Source of the DNA: Myxococcales bacterium
Lineage (GTDB): Bacteria > Myxococcota_A > UBA9042
NCBI GenBank assembly: GCA_037441385.1
Contig: JBBISH010000034.1
Coordinates: 1-51,275, forward strand
DNA: 51,275 bases
Direction of reading: 5' to 3'
The notes under the pieces are model-generated. The model searched no databases. It was given only the letters and a program-made list of their open reading frames with translations, and was not told the DNA's origin. Position numbers and translations under genes: made by a program. This document shows, in pieces, positions 19,181 to 28,160 of the stretch (the first letter of the stretch is position 1; every line of letters starts with the position of its first letter).

Positions 19181-19324
19181 AATCATACCTTAGCTGGTCA
19201 TCTTCGCGCCGCGCCTGGTGGTCCCAGGTCGCGGCGTTGAAGTTTTTTGGCGTTGGACCGCGGCAAAAGTGTGGCTCGCGTCGATCACCTTGGCATGCGC
19301 TGCGCTGTCGCAGCCGAGGTGGCC

Positions 19325-21742
19325 ATGCTTGAGATCGCTGCGGGCAACGCGGGGAATTGGCGCGGACGGGTGTGGGGGCCGGCGGCGCTGGCGGTGGCAG
19401 CCGGCACGCTGATGGGCCTGGGCGAGGAGGTGGCACTGTCCGGGGCGTGGATCGCGCTGGCGGCAAGCGCCGTTGCGACCCTGTTGCCCGGTCCACTGGC
19501 GGGGCGCAGGCTCGCGGCCGGGCTTGGGTTGGTGGCGTTGAGCACGCTGCGCACGGCCATGACGAACAGCCCGCCGCCGCCCCTGGACCTGCCGCAGCCG
19601 CGGGCGTGGCCTCCGCTTCACGAGTTGGTGGTGGCGAGCGAGCCCGAGTGGACGCCCAACGGCTACCGTTTTGCGGCCGACTGGCTGCGGCGTTGCCCGC
19701 CCGCGGTCGAGCCCGGCCCTTGTCAGGCGCGGTGGGGGCAGCTGCGCGTCGAAGTGCGCGGCCGCGACGTGGTGGTGGGCCGCGGACAGCGCGTGAGGGT
19801 GCCCGGCTTTACCGCGCCGCCGCTGGCCTACCATAACCCGGGCAGCATCGACCTGGGACCGGCCTGGCGCGCCCAGCAGCGGTGGGGCAGCTTGCGCGTG
19901 GCCGATGGGGAGCGCATCGCGGTGCTGCAAGCGAGCCCGTGGCCCTGGGATCGGGGCTTGGACTTGCTGGGGCACTGGCGACGCGAGGCGGCGCAGGCGG
20001 TGGCGCGGCGCTATTCGCCCCAAGACGCGGCGGTGGTGGGCGCGATGGCGCTGGGCGACCGGCTGAGCCAGTGGCCCGCGTTGGACGAGTTCTTGCGCGA
20101 GACAGGCACCTCGCACGTGCTAGCGGTGTCGGGCAGCCATTTGGCCCTGGTGGTGGGCGCGCTGCGCTGGCTGCTGCGGGCGACGCTGCGGCGATGGGGC
20201 CTTGGCTTGTTGCGGCACGGGCACATGGCAGCTTGGACTGCCGGCCCGCTGCTGGCCGCCACTTGGGGGTACACGGCCCTGACCGGTGCGGCCGAGAGCA
20301 CCGTGCGCGCGGCCTGGATGGTGAGCATCGCCCTGCTGGGAGAGACCTGGCAACGACAGATGCGGCCTACGGAATTGCTGGGGCTGGCTGTGCTGGTGAT
20401 GCTGCTAGTCGACCCTGCCGCCATCGCCGACGTGGGGCTGCAGCTGTCTGTGAGCGGCGTGCTGGGCTTGTTTTGGGCGGCCCGCCGGCAAGGGGGCGTC
20501 TTGCGCAAAGCCTGGGATGCGAGTGCGGCGGCGTTTGTGGCGACGAGCCCGATTGCGGCGTTGCGACTCGGGCAGTTGGCGGTGGCGGCCCTGCCAGCGA
20601 ATTTGGCGGCCCTGCCCTACGCGGCCGGGCTGTTGCCCGTGTGCTTGGCAGGGGTGCTGCTGGCGTGCTGGCCGGGCCCTACGGCGGCCTGGCTGAGCAC
20701 CGCGCTGGTGCACGCGCTCCTTTGGCCGCTGCGGTGGGCGGTGAACACAAGCAGCGGGACTTGGCCGCTGGTGTTTCCGTACGGTGTCGTAGCGTGGGCC
20801 GGCGCGCCGGTGCTGCCCTTGGCCCTGGCCGCGGTCTGGCACGGCGGGCGATGGCGGTGGGCGGCGGTCGGTTCGGCGGGCGTGCTGGTCCTCGCAGTGG
20901 TCTGGCAGGCCCAGGAGCGGCAAGTGGCGGCGGGGCAGGTCCGCATCTCGCACTTGGACGTGGGCCACGGGGACGCGGCGCTGCTGCAGTTCGACGACGG
21001 CGCGACCTGGCTGGTCGATGGTGGCGGCGCCCAGGGCGACCAAGGTCAGGTGGGCCAAGTGGCACTCCTGCCGGCCCTGCGCGCGCTGGGCGTTCGCCGC
21101 ATTGATCGCTTGGTGCTGAGCCACGCGCACCCCGATCACGAAAACGGCCTGCTCGCCGTGACGCGGCACCTCCCGATCGGCGCCTTTTGGCACACCGGGC
21201 AACCGGGCGCCGGACCAGAACACGACCAGTTGATGGCGCTGCTGGCCCAGGTGCCGCGGGTGCCTCTGGACTTGGTGAGCGAGTCCCAAGGCAGCGCAGA
21301 GGTCCGGCAGCTCTGGCCGCGCCCGGCGCCGTTCCGCGCGGAACTGGGTTTGAACGACAACTCGCTCGTCTTCCAGGTAGCGGTGGCGGACCAAGTGGCG
21401 CTGCTCGCGGGCGACATCGAGGCGAAGGCCGAGACGGCGTTGCTCGACGCCCAAGCGCTGGGTCCGGCTGGGCTGCTGAAAGTGCCCCATCACGGCAGCC
21501 ACACCTCGAGCACCCCGGCCTTTCTTGAAGCGGTGGCGCCGGCTTTGGCCGTGGCGGGCGCCCGCTCGTGGGGCCCGCTGCCGTTTCCGCATGCCGACGT
21601 TCGGGCGCGCTACCGCAATCGCGGCACGCGCCTGTGGTCGACCGAGGAGGGAATGGTCGTGGTAACGCTGAGTTCCTGCGGGCTGAGTGCCCGGCAAGGC
21701 CAGCGCACGCTGCAAATCGGGCGCTGTCTGGGGCGGCCATGA
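19325..21742 (+). CDS. comEC: DNA internalization competence protein ComEC/Rec2
   Basis: GTSHVLAVSGSH competence motif, multiple TMs, and an MBL domain (DVGHGD, SHAHPDH, GDIE, KVPHHGS). Start uncertain; GAGG precedes ATG 19325. Confidence 0.92.
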   Translation: MLEIAAGNAGNWRGRVWGPAALAVAAGTLMGLGEEVALSGAWIALAASAVATLLPGPLAGRRLAAGLGLVALSTLRTAMTNSPPPPLDLPQPRAWPPLHELVVASEPEWTPNGYRFAADWLRRCPPAVEPGPCQARWGQLRVEVRGRDVVVGRGQRVRVPGFTAPPLAYHNPGSIDLGPAWRAQQRWGSLRVADGERIAVLQASPWPWDRGLDLLGHWRREAAQAVARRYSPQDAAVVGAMALGDRLSQWPALDEFLRETGTSHVLAVSGSHLALVVGALRWLLRATLRRWGLGLLRHGHMAAWTAGPLLAATWGYTALTGAAESTVRAAWMVSIALLGETWQRQMRPTELLGLAVLVMLLVDPAAIADVGLQLSVSGVLGLFWAARRQGGVLRKAWDASAAAFVATSPIAALRLGQLAVAALPANLAALPYAAGLLPVCLAGVLLACWPGPTAAWLSTALVHALLWPLRWAVNTSSGTWPLVFPYGVVAWAGAPVLPLALAAVWHGGRWRWAAVGSAGVLVLAVVWQAQERQVAAGQVRISHLDVGHGDAALLQFDDGATWLVDGGGAQGDQGQVGQVALLPALRALGVRRIDRLVLSHAHPDHENGLLAVTRHLPIGAFWHTGQPGAGPEHDQLMALLAQVPRVPLDLVSESQGSAEVRQLWPRPAPFRAELGLNDNSLVFQVAVADQVALLAGDIEAKAETALLDAQALGPAGLLKVPHHGSHTSSTPAFLEAVAPALAVAGARSWGPLPFPHADVRARYRNRGTRLWSTEEGMVVVTLSSCGLSARQGQRTLQIGRCLGRP

Positions 21743-21805
21743 CACGCACCCCGGTTCGGAGCTGAAGAACGGCAACATTCTCGGGCCGATGTCGAGGGAT
21801 CCGGG
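21743..21805 (-). mobile_element. Family A copy, internally deleted and degenerate
   Basis: Begins right after the comEC TGA. CACGCACCCC is joined directly to GGTTCGGAGCTGAAGAA, so the internal hairpin was lost between ACCCC microhomologies. Right end approximate. Confidence 0.55.
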
Positions 21806-21892
21806 GCTGGATGCGGGGCTGGAACACCAATCACAAATCTCCGAGGTTCAGAGCAACGAGACCACTCGCTGACGAAAACTCGTTGATGCTCA

Positions 21893-22024
21893 TACCAGTT
21901 CCGTCCAAATCGGCTCGAAAACTTCGGCAATTCTTCGGGCCCGAATCGGGGTCCCCGCCTGATTCTCGCCGGTTGCAGACCAGGTCAGCGGAACCGTACA
22001 CGCGTGAATCAGACGGGGTTCGTA
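21893..22024 (+). mobile_element. Family A MITE-like element, full-length 132 bp
   Basis: TACC...CGTA ends flanked by TCA (21890-92) and TCA (22025-27). About 85% identical by hand to the reverse complement of 33406-33538. Confidence 0.85.
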
Positions 22025-22113
22025 TCAGTGGGTCGCAAGCGGGCCCAAAGAACTAGGCACAGCCGCAACCCGCCGCGACGTTTGCCCCCAGGACTGGGTT
22101 TCTGATCGGTGCT

Positions 22114-22255
22114 CTAGGCCCTGTCCGCGAGTCCGAGCCGTCGAAATCGGCGCGGCGGGTCGCCGCAGGCGCTCGCTTGCGCCCCAGCTGGGGCTAGAGA
22201 CGCGACCGCAGAGCGAATTGCTGAACAAATGTACAGTAATTGGCCGCGTCTCTAG
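22114..22255 (+). repeat. Family B CTAG-delimited hairpin repeat (142 bp)
   Basis: CTAG at 22114, 22194 and 22252; about 80% identical by hand to 33183-33325. Confidence 0.8.
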
Positions 22256-22554
22256 GCACGGTCCAACAGCAAGAGCGGTGGCCGCAGCCAAGCCTGGAAT
22301 ACACTGCACCGGCGCGCGTAGCGGCAGGTTGTCTTGCAGACCTCTACGGCCAGGCTGGCGTGATCCTTGCGGCGCGGGCACGGCAAATAGCGCTGACCTT
22401 GGGCCGAGATGTCGCGCAGAAGCTGTTCGGAGGGCCGGCGGAGCATGCGCTGGGTATACGCGCAGCGATCGCGGCTGTCAAACCCAGAAGGCCGCGGATC
22501 TACCCAGGGATCGCCAAGGTCGTCGCTGCGCACGGGCAGGTGCGACTTCGACAC
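22252..22554 (-). CDS. Small hypothetical protein with a 4-Cys motif
   Basis: GC3-rich codons; CPRR-x10-C-x3-C-x5-C; co-oriented downstream of the YfhO-like gene. Start uncertain (GTG 22554 or ATG 22446). Confidence 0.5.
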   Translation of the reverse strand: MSKSHLPVRSDDLGDPWVDPRPSGFDSRDRCAYTQRMLRRPSEQLLRDISAQGQRYLPCPRRKDHASLAVEVCKTTCRYARRCSVFQAWLRPPLLLLDRA

Positions 22555-22607
22555 CTTGGCTGCAGCCGACCGGTGGAAGCAGGGCCTCGATGCGGCGCCG
22601 GCTCAAT

Positions 22608-24953
22608 TTACTTGGAGGTGTCGCCAGGTTGCTTGCCTTGCTCGCGAGAACGCCAGAGCCACGCCGCGGCCGCCAGCCAGCCAACCAGGGCCAGCGCTGG
22701 CGACCACGGCCAGCCGGCGGGCTGGTAGTGCCAGGTCACGCGGTGATCGCCTGCCGAAACGACCACGGCGCGGAAGGCCCCGTCGGCAATCAGGGAAGGG
22801 ACCGGCGTGCCGTCCACTTGGGCCTGCCAACCACGGTCGGCGCTGTCGCGCAGCACGGCCACGCACGGGGTGGCACAGTGGCTAGCGGCCTCCACGTGGC
22901 CGGGACGGTCGACCTCCAAGACGAGGGTGCCAGCCGTCGGCGAGGGCAGCGCGGAGGTCGCGCCAGATAGTTGCACAGGGGCCTCGGGGTCGGCTTGGAT
23001 GCGCTGCAACGCCGCCTGGGGAGTCGCGGCGGCCTCGAAGCGATCGGCCACCGCCATGCGCGGCCAAGGTTTCGGATTCTCGCGGACTTGCAGGTCCGAG
23101 GCGAGGGTCAGCACCACTGGCCACGCCGCGAACGCCTGGGCGGTAGCGCGGTCGTCCGGGCCGACCACCAAGTGCGACACGGCCATCCGCGCGACAAAGG
23201 CGTTGGGTGACCGCGCTTGGAAGTTCACCGCATACCCATCCAGTTGCCGGCCTGCAAAGCCGTTGCCGTAGCGGTTGGCGTTGGCGGTGATCGCCGGTTC
23301 GTAGCCGCCTGCCACCGCCACGCCTGCGGTGGTGCCCCAATTGGCCATGCGCAACCCCGCCGCCGTGAGTAGGCGCTGGTTCGCCGGCACAACCTGCCGC
23401 AGCAAGGCGCGGTCGGGCTCGCCCCAGGCGACCGCGGCGGACGGTCGGCGGCTGGCGGCCCCCAAGTGCGACTGAGCGAAGCTGAACCCTTGCAGGGCGG
23501 ATCCCACCAAGAGCACTAGAACCAGGGCCTGGGCCCACGCCGGTCGCAACACAGCCACGGCCACGGCGACGAGCGCGCAGCAAGCCATAAAGACGGCCGT
23601 TTGCGCACCGGTGGCGGCCGCCGCCTGGACATCGGCCGGGGCCTTGGCCAAGGCCAGAACCAGGCCGCCCTGCCCGCCCAGCAGATCGGTCGCGGCCCAC
23701 AGCAGGCCCAACAGCGCCAACGCCAACGCGATCCAGGTGGCCTTGGATGGCGTTGCCTTGGCCACTGCGGGCCGCAACAACCCAGCCAGCCCGTCGGCCG
23801 CCAGCAGCGCCACGAGCAGCGGCAGCAACGTAACCCAGCGCCCCGGCACGCGGAAGCTGCCCAGCCCAGGCACCACCCCCACCAGGCGCGGCAGGAGCGG
23901 CCCGTGCTCGCCCGGCGCCAGCAACAACGCAAGCCCCACAGCCCCGCTGAGCAGCCAGGACGACGGCCCCCGCGCGGCACCGGCCACGGCGAGCGCCAAC
24001 AGCCCCAAGCCGACGAACCCCACCGTTTCGTGGTAGCTGAAGCTAGCCCACTTGCCTTGGGCGCCGCCAAAAAGCTCGGGCGCCAGGGCGGTCCACAAGC
24101 TGGAGGCGGGCGCCGAGTAAGACGTTGCAATCTCTAGGGGAGTAGACAGGCTGCGGTTCAGATCGGGCAGCACGTCAACCGTGGCCGTCAGCTGCGGCAG
24201 GGCCAGCAGGGCCGCGCCCGCGCCGATGGCCAGCAGGCCGCCCAAGGCCACCACCGAGTGGAGGGGTTTGGCGAGCCAGGCCGGCGCGCCCGTGGCGGCC
24301 TGTTGCGGCTCGGCCAGCGCCCGCGCGGCCAACACCGCAACCAGCCCCACCACGGTCAGGTACACCACCTGCGGGTGGCCAACCAGCAGTTGCAGGGCCA
24401 GAAATGCGGCGCCCGCGACGGCATAGCGAGGCAGTCGCGCATCCACAAGCCGGACCGCGGCCCACCACAGCCAGGGTAGCCAAGCCAGGGCCTCGACATA
24501 GCTGACGTGGCCCGCCCAGAGGTGGCCCCAAACTGGCCCCGACAGACCGGTAACCAGGGCCAGCAGTGGCGGCGCCCAGGCCGGCAGCTCGGGACGCCAG
24601 GCGCGCAGCAATACGGCAGTGCCGGTGCCGAACAAGGCGACGTGCAGCCAGATCATCGCCTCGGTCGCGGCGATCGGGGCCAGCAAGTGCAGCAGGTGCG
24701 GCGGGTAGAGCAAGCCCAGCTGCCAGCCCGCTAGGGCCGGAACTCCGCCCAGCACGTAGGGATTCCACCAGGGCGCCTGACCAGAGCGCCACAACGCGGC
24801 CACGCCCTCGCGCAAGGGAATCTGGTAGGAGTAGAGGTCGGTTCCGTTGCCGACGTAGTGCCCAGGGCCCAACCAAGCCAACAACCCCGGCAGCGCGCAC
24901 GCCGCCGCAAGCAGAGGCCACCACCGGCGCGGTGGGGTGGACGCGGGCTTCAC
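22608..24953 (-). CDS. YfhO-like (GT-C-type) polytopic membrane protein
   Basis: PWWNPYVLGGVP, LLYPP, GHPQ, FRVPGRW and a C-terminal GWQAQVDG...FRAVVVSAGDHRVTWHYQP. Confidence 0.82.
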   Translation of the reverse strand: MKPASTPPRRWWPLLAAACALPGLLAWLGPGHYVGNGTDLYSYQIPLREGVAALWRSGQAPWWNPYVLGGVPALAGWQLGLLYPPHLLHLLAPIAATEAMIWLHVALFGTGTAVLLRAWRPELPAWAPPLLALVTGLSGPVWGHLWAGHVSYVEALAWLPWLWWAAVRLVDARLPRYAVAGAAFLALQLLVGHPQVVYLTVVGLVAVLAARALAEPQQAATGAPAWLAKPLHSVVALGGLLAIGAGAALLALPQLTATVDVLPDLNRSLSTPLEIATSYSAPASSLWTALAPELFGGAQGKWASFSYHETVGFVGLGLLALAVAGAARGPSSWLLSGAVGLALLLAPGEHGPLLPRLVGVVPGLGSFRVPGRWVTLLPLLVALLAADGLAGLLRPAVAKATPSKATWIALALALLGLLWAATDLLGGQGGLVLALAKAPADVQAAAATGAQTAVFMACCALVAVAVAVLRPAWAQALVLVLLVGSALQGFSFAQSHLGAASRRPSAAVAWGEPDRALLRQVVPANQRLLTAAGLRMANWGTTAGVAVAGGYEPAITANANRYGNGFAGRQLDGYAVNFQARSPNAFVARMAVSHLVVGPDDRATAQAFAAWPVVLTLASDLQVRENPKPWPRMAVADRFEAAATPQAALQRIQADPEAPVQLSGATSALPSPTAGTLVLEVDRPGHVEAASHCATPCVAVLRDSADRGWQAQVDGTPVPSLIADGAFRAVVVSAGDHRVTWHYQPAGWPWSPALALVGWLAAAAWLWRSREQGKQPGDTSK

Positions 24954-26137
24954 GGCGCAGCCTCGACCAGAGGCGCGGCGTGGATCAAAATGTCGGCAAT
25001 CTCGAACAACTCTCGCAAATTGTCGGGCTCCTTGACTCTGCGCGGCACGCCAGCGACGTGCACTTGCGGCGCGACGCCAGCGGTGACTTCTTGCAGGAGC
25101 GCACGGTCGCGAGCCGCCAGCTTGCCAAGCTTCTCGCTAACTTGCGCAAGGTTGCGCATCACGGTTGGCAGGTCGGCGGGCACCGGGGCGGCGCTGTCGT
25201 GCCACGCGCCCAGCAGATCGCCGGCCAGGTCGCGGTGCGGCTCGGCCAGGCTGGGGGCAAAGTCAAAGACCCGATTGACGATCCACGCCGGAGCGTTCAT
25301 GCCCAGCCCGACCACGTGTTCCTGAAGCGAGCGCGCCTGCTGCGCCGAGACCGCATCGCAGCCCGACACCAACACGAACGCCGCGTCCGGCCCCTGCAAA
25401 AGCGCCTGCACGTCGCGGGCCCGGCTGACAAAGCCGTCGAACGTCTCGGAGAGCTGACCAAAGAACTCTAGAAGATTGCTGAACATCTCAACGGTGGTAA
25501 AGCGCTGCAGCCCCTTCATCACGACCGACGAGGGCCGAAAGACGCCGCTGCGCAGGCGAGTCGAGGGCGTGATCAACTTGCGGAAAGTTGGCGAGTCGAA
25601 CAGGTCGATGAGCCGCCGCGGCGCATCGATGAAATCCAGCGCGTGCTCCGCCGGCGGCGTGTCGAGCACGACCAGGTCGTAGTCGCCGCTGGTGACGCTT
25701 TCGTACAAGCGCTCGGTCGCCATGTATTCCTGCGATCCGGCCAGCGCCGTCGACGCCTGTTGGTAGAAGGGGTGGTCCAGGATGCGGCGCGCCGAGTCCG
25801 GGCTGCGGGCATAGCGCGTAACCACCCGATCAAACGTACGTTTGACGTCGAGCATCGCCGCGTCCAAGCCGAGCGGCACGTGGCAACCCTGGGCCGCAAA
25901 ATCAGCGGCGGTGATGTGTTGCACGTGCTCGCTGAAAGCTTGGAGTCCCAGCGCGTTGGCCAAACGCTTGGCCGGATCAACCGTCAAGACGAGGGTACGC
26001 CGGCCCCGCTGCGCCGCCGCCACCCCCAGCGCGGCCGAAAGCGTAGTCTTGCCCGCGCCGCCCGCACCCACCACCAACAACACCCGCTGTTCATCCAGCA
26101 GCCGAGCAATTCGATTTGAATTCAAGGGAGTCTGCAT
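24950..26137 (-). CDS. ArsA/GET3-family ATPase
   Basis: GAGGAGKTT Walker A, TVDPAKRLANALG, GSQEYMA and LDTPP. Confidence 0.9.
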   Translation of the reverse strand: MQTPLNSNRIARLLDEQRVLLVVGAGGAGKTTLSAALGVAAAQRGRRTLVLTVDPAKRLANALGLQAFSEHVQHITAADFAAQGCHVPLGLDAAMLDVKRTFDRVVTRYARSPDSARRILDHPFYQQASTALAGSQEYMATERLYESVTSGDYDLVVLDTPPAEHALDFIDAPRRLIDLFDSPTFRKLITPSTRLRSGVFRPSSVVMKGLQRFTTVEMFSNLLEFFGQLSETFDGFVSRARDVQALLQGPDAAFVLVSGCDAVSAQQARSLQEHVVGLGMNAPAWIVNRVFDFAPSLAEPHRDLAGDLLGAWHDSAAPVPADLPTVMRNLAQVSEKLGKLAARDRALLQEVTAGVAPQVHVAGVPRRVKEPDNLRELFEIADILIHAAPLVEAAP

Positions 26138-26181
26138 GCCTTTGGCATCTCGCTGGTGGCACCGCCGGGCGCCCTCGCCGG

Positions 26182-26327
26182 GACCGGAGGCCGTCGCAGT
26201 CGGTTGGACAACCCCCCGCTAGTCGCCGAGCCAGAATGCGAGCCAGAATGGGGGTCTTCTCTAGATTCTCGCTAGTTGCCTGTTCGATGGGGCGAGACGA
26301 CCCTGCACGACTCGGGCAGGTCGGGTA
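26182..26327 (+). mobile_element. Family A copy, degenerate, with an internal 12-bp tandem duplication
   Basis: GATTCTCGCTAGTTGC core and GTA-TGA-G right end at the expected spacing; CGAGCCAGAATG x2 at 26227-26250. Confidence 0.6.
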
Positions 26328-26455
26328 TGAGTACACGGCCAAGCGGGTTTCGTCAAACATCGACGCAGGGATCCGGTGCGACCGGTCGACAACGGCGGGC
26401 GCGTCCCTTATCTTGGCCGTCGGCGGCGACGCCGTTGCTTCAGGCTGGAGGGCCG

Positions 26456-27016
26456 ATGGATCCGCGCAAAGATCGACTGCTGGAATTGTTGCTGCTGCAC
26501 GGACTCGTGATCCACGAGGAGTCCACATTCGCGCTGGCCGACGGCACCATGTCGCCCTGGTACGTGGACTGCACGGCGCTGGCAGCGGCACCGGCGGCCA
26601 AAGCAGCAGTAGCGGCCCTGCTCTACGACGTGGCCAAGCAGGTGGGAGCGCGCGCGCTGGTGGCCGGTGGCCCCGCTGCCCAAGTTTTTGCAGACGCGGC
26701 GGTCGAACACAGCGCGGCCCGCTCGCAGCCACTCCACGTCGTGCCGCCCGCGGGCAGTGGAGCCAAACCCGGTCCGTGTCTGATCGTGCAAGATGTGGTG
26801 GCAACTGGACTTTCGACCATCGCGGTAGTCGAGCAGGCCCGCAGCCAAGGTTTGGAAGTTCGCGGCGTGTTGGCCGTGGTCGATCGCGAAGAAGGGGCGG
26901 CAGCCAAGCTCGACGCCCACGGTATCCCGGTCTATCCGCTGGTGACGGGCGCGGAGCTGCAGGCGCGCCGGGCGGCCGTGGCCCGCCACGCCTCGGAACT
27001 GGCCCCGGCGAGCTGA
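26456..27016 (+). CDS. PyrE-like phosphoribosyltransferase with a divergent active site
   Basis: FALADGTMSPWYVDC, IVQDVVATGLS and VVDREEG resemble OPRT; the RKxxKxHG loop is missing; GGAGG RBS. Confidence 0.75.
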   Translation: MDPRKDRLLELLLLHGLVIHEESTFALADGTMSPWYVDCTALAAAPAAKAAVAALLYDVAKQVGARALVAGGPAAQVFADAAVEHSAARSQPLHVVPPAGSGAKPGPCLIVQDVVATGLSTIAVVEQARSQGLEVRGVLAVVDREEGAAAKLDAHGIPVYPLVTGAELQARRAAVARHASELAPAS

Positions 27017-27113
27017 TCCAATCGAGTGCCGCGCGCTTGGCCGCCCCGCCGGTCGCGGTTGCGGCCGTGCCATCGCGGCCGTCGACGTACAGCGAACCTT
27101 GACTGAAGCGCCT

Positions 27114-27755
27114 TCAGTCGAAAGTGAACCCCACGCCGCCGAACATACCCAGCCCGATGTGGTCCAAATTCGTCATGGCCCGCGCCCCCAAGAACAGCAG
27201 CGTGTGGGGCCGCCCAAATTGCTGGACTTGCAGGCGCAAACCGAACTCCGTGAACACATGGAGCACGTCAAACACGGTGGTGTTGGTCCAGACAATGTCG
27301 GCGCCTAGCTCGCCGTAGCCGCGCACGCGGGCAAAGCCGTCGGCCGCGGTCTCGAAGCCAAGGGCCCCGCCCACGCCGATCCAAGGGTGGGCCGGTAGCG
27401 AGCCCGTGGGCCAGGTCAGGCCCAGCAGCGCTTCTGTCGCCATGTACAGGTGCCCGCGGTGGCGGCGCGCGGTCCCGCGAAGCACGGTCCCGAATGGCTG
27501 GGTGATGTTGTCGCAATTGGTCTTGCCGGCTGGGCATTTGACCGCGGCACGCAGGTCGACGTCGGTGGGCGCTAGGGCGCCGCCGATACCGATCTCGCGG
27601 CCGGCAAGATCGTTCAGGTCGTAGTCGAGCGCTTGCGCCAAGTTGGGCACCGCGAGCGCCGCCAGCAGCACCAGGCCGATGGCCGCGCGCCCCCAAACCG
27701 TGGCGCCCCGAGGGCGGGACAGGGAAGTGGCGGCGGCGGAGTGCAGGTTCGACAT
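27114..27755 (-). CDS. Small putative outer-membrane beta-barrel protein
   Basis: Signal ending AQA; amphipathic strands; C-terminal GGVGFTFD. Confidence 0.7.
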   Translation of the reverse strand: MSNLHSAAATSLSRPRGATVWGRAAIGLVLLAALAVPNLAQALDYDLNDLAGREIGIGGALAPTDVDLRAAVKCPAGKTNCDNITQPFGTVLRGTARRHRGHLYMATEALLGLTWPTGSLPAHPWIGVGGALGFETAADGFARVRGYGELGADIVWTNTTVFDVLHVFTEFGLRLQVQQFGRPHTLLFLGARAMTNLDHIGLGMFGGVGFTFD

Positions 27756-28160
27756 CGCGGCCGTGCTGTTGCGAAAGCCTAGTTCGCTGCAAGGGAGTGG
27801 CGCGTCCGCTTGGGGCCGTGGTGCGGCGCGCGGCGGCCAGTAGTGTGCAATCGGCCGGCTGTGGGCGCAAGCGCGAGCCAGATCGGCGGGGGCGAAGGCC
27901 TTGCGCGGCGTGGAAAGGCAGCTTGCAGGGCCGGCCACCAAGGGGGAGAAGGACCGGCCCCGCAAGCTCGCATGCCCGGCGGCTTGGGGAGGGAGCGGGC
28001 CGAGCATGCCTTCAATGCCGCACCCGCCGAAGTTATTCCCGCCGCAAACCGCGCCGCTGCGGTTTGTCGAAATGGTTCTCGCTGCGTCGATTTGCCATTT
28101 GCCGCGGCGCCTGCTTGGATGGTGCAGGGGCGGCACGGCGCTGCCCAGCGACGGGCCCGC

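Noticed and set aside
15494..19186. 1230-aa minus-strand ORF
   Set aside because: Antisense shadow of three well-supported + strand genes. GC-rich codon bias suppresses stops, and the translation has no motifs.
21811..22056. 81-aa ORF after comEC
   Set aside because: Mostly family A sequence, with atypical codons and no RBS.
27863..27873. GGGCGCAAGCG match to family B reverse complement
   Set aside because: An 11-bp GC-rich match that does not extend convincingly.
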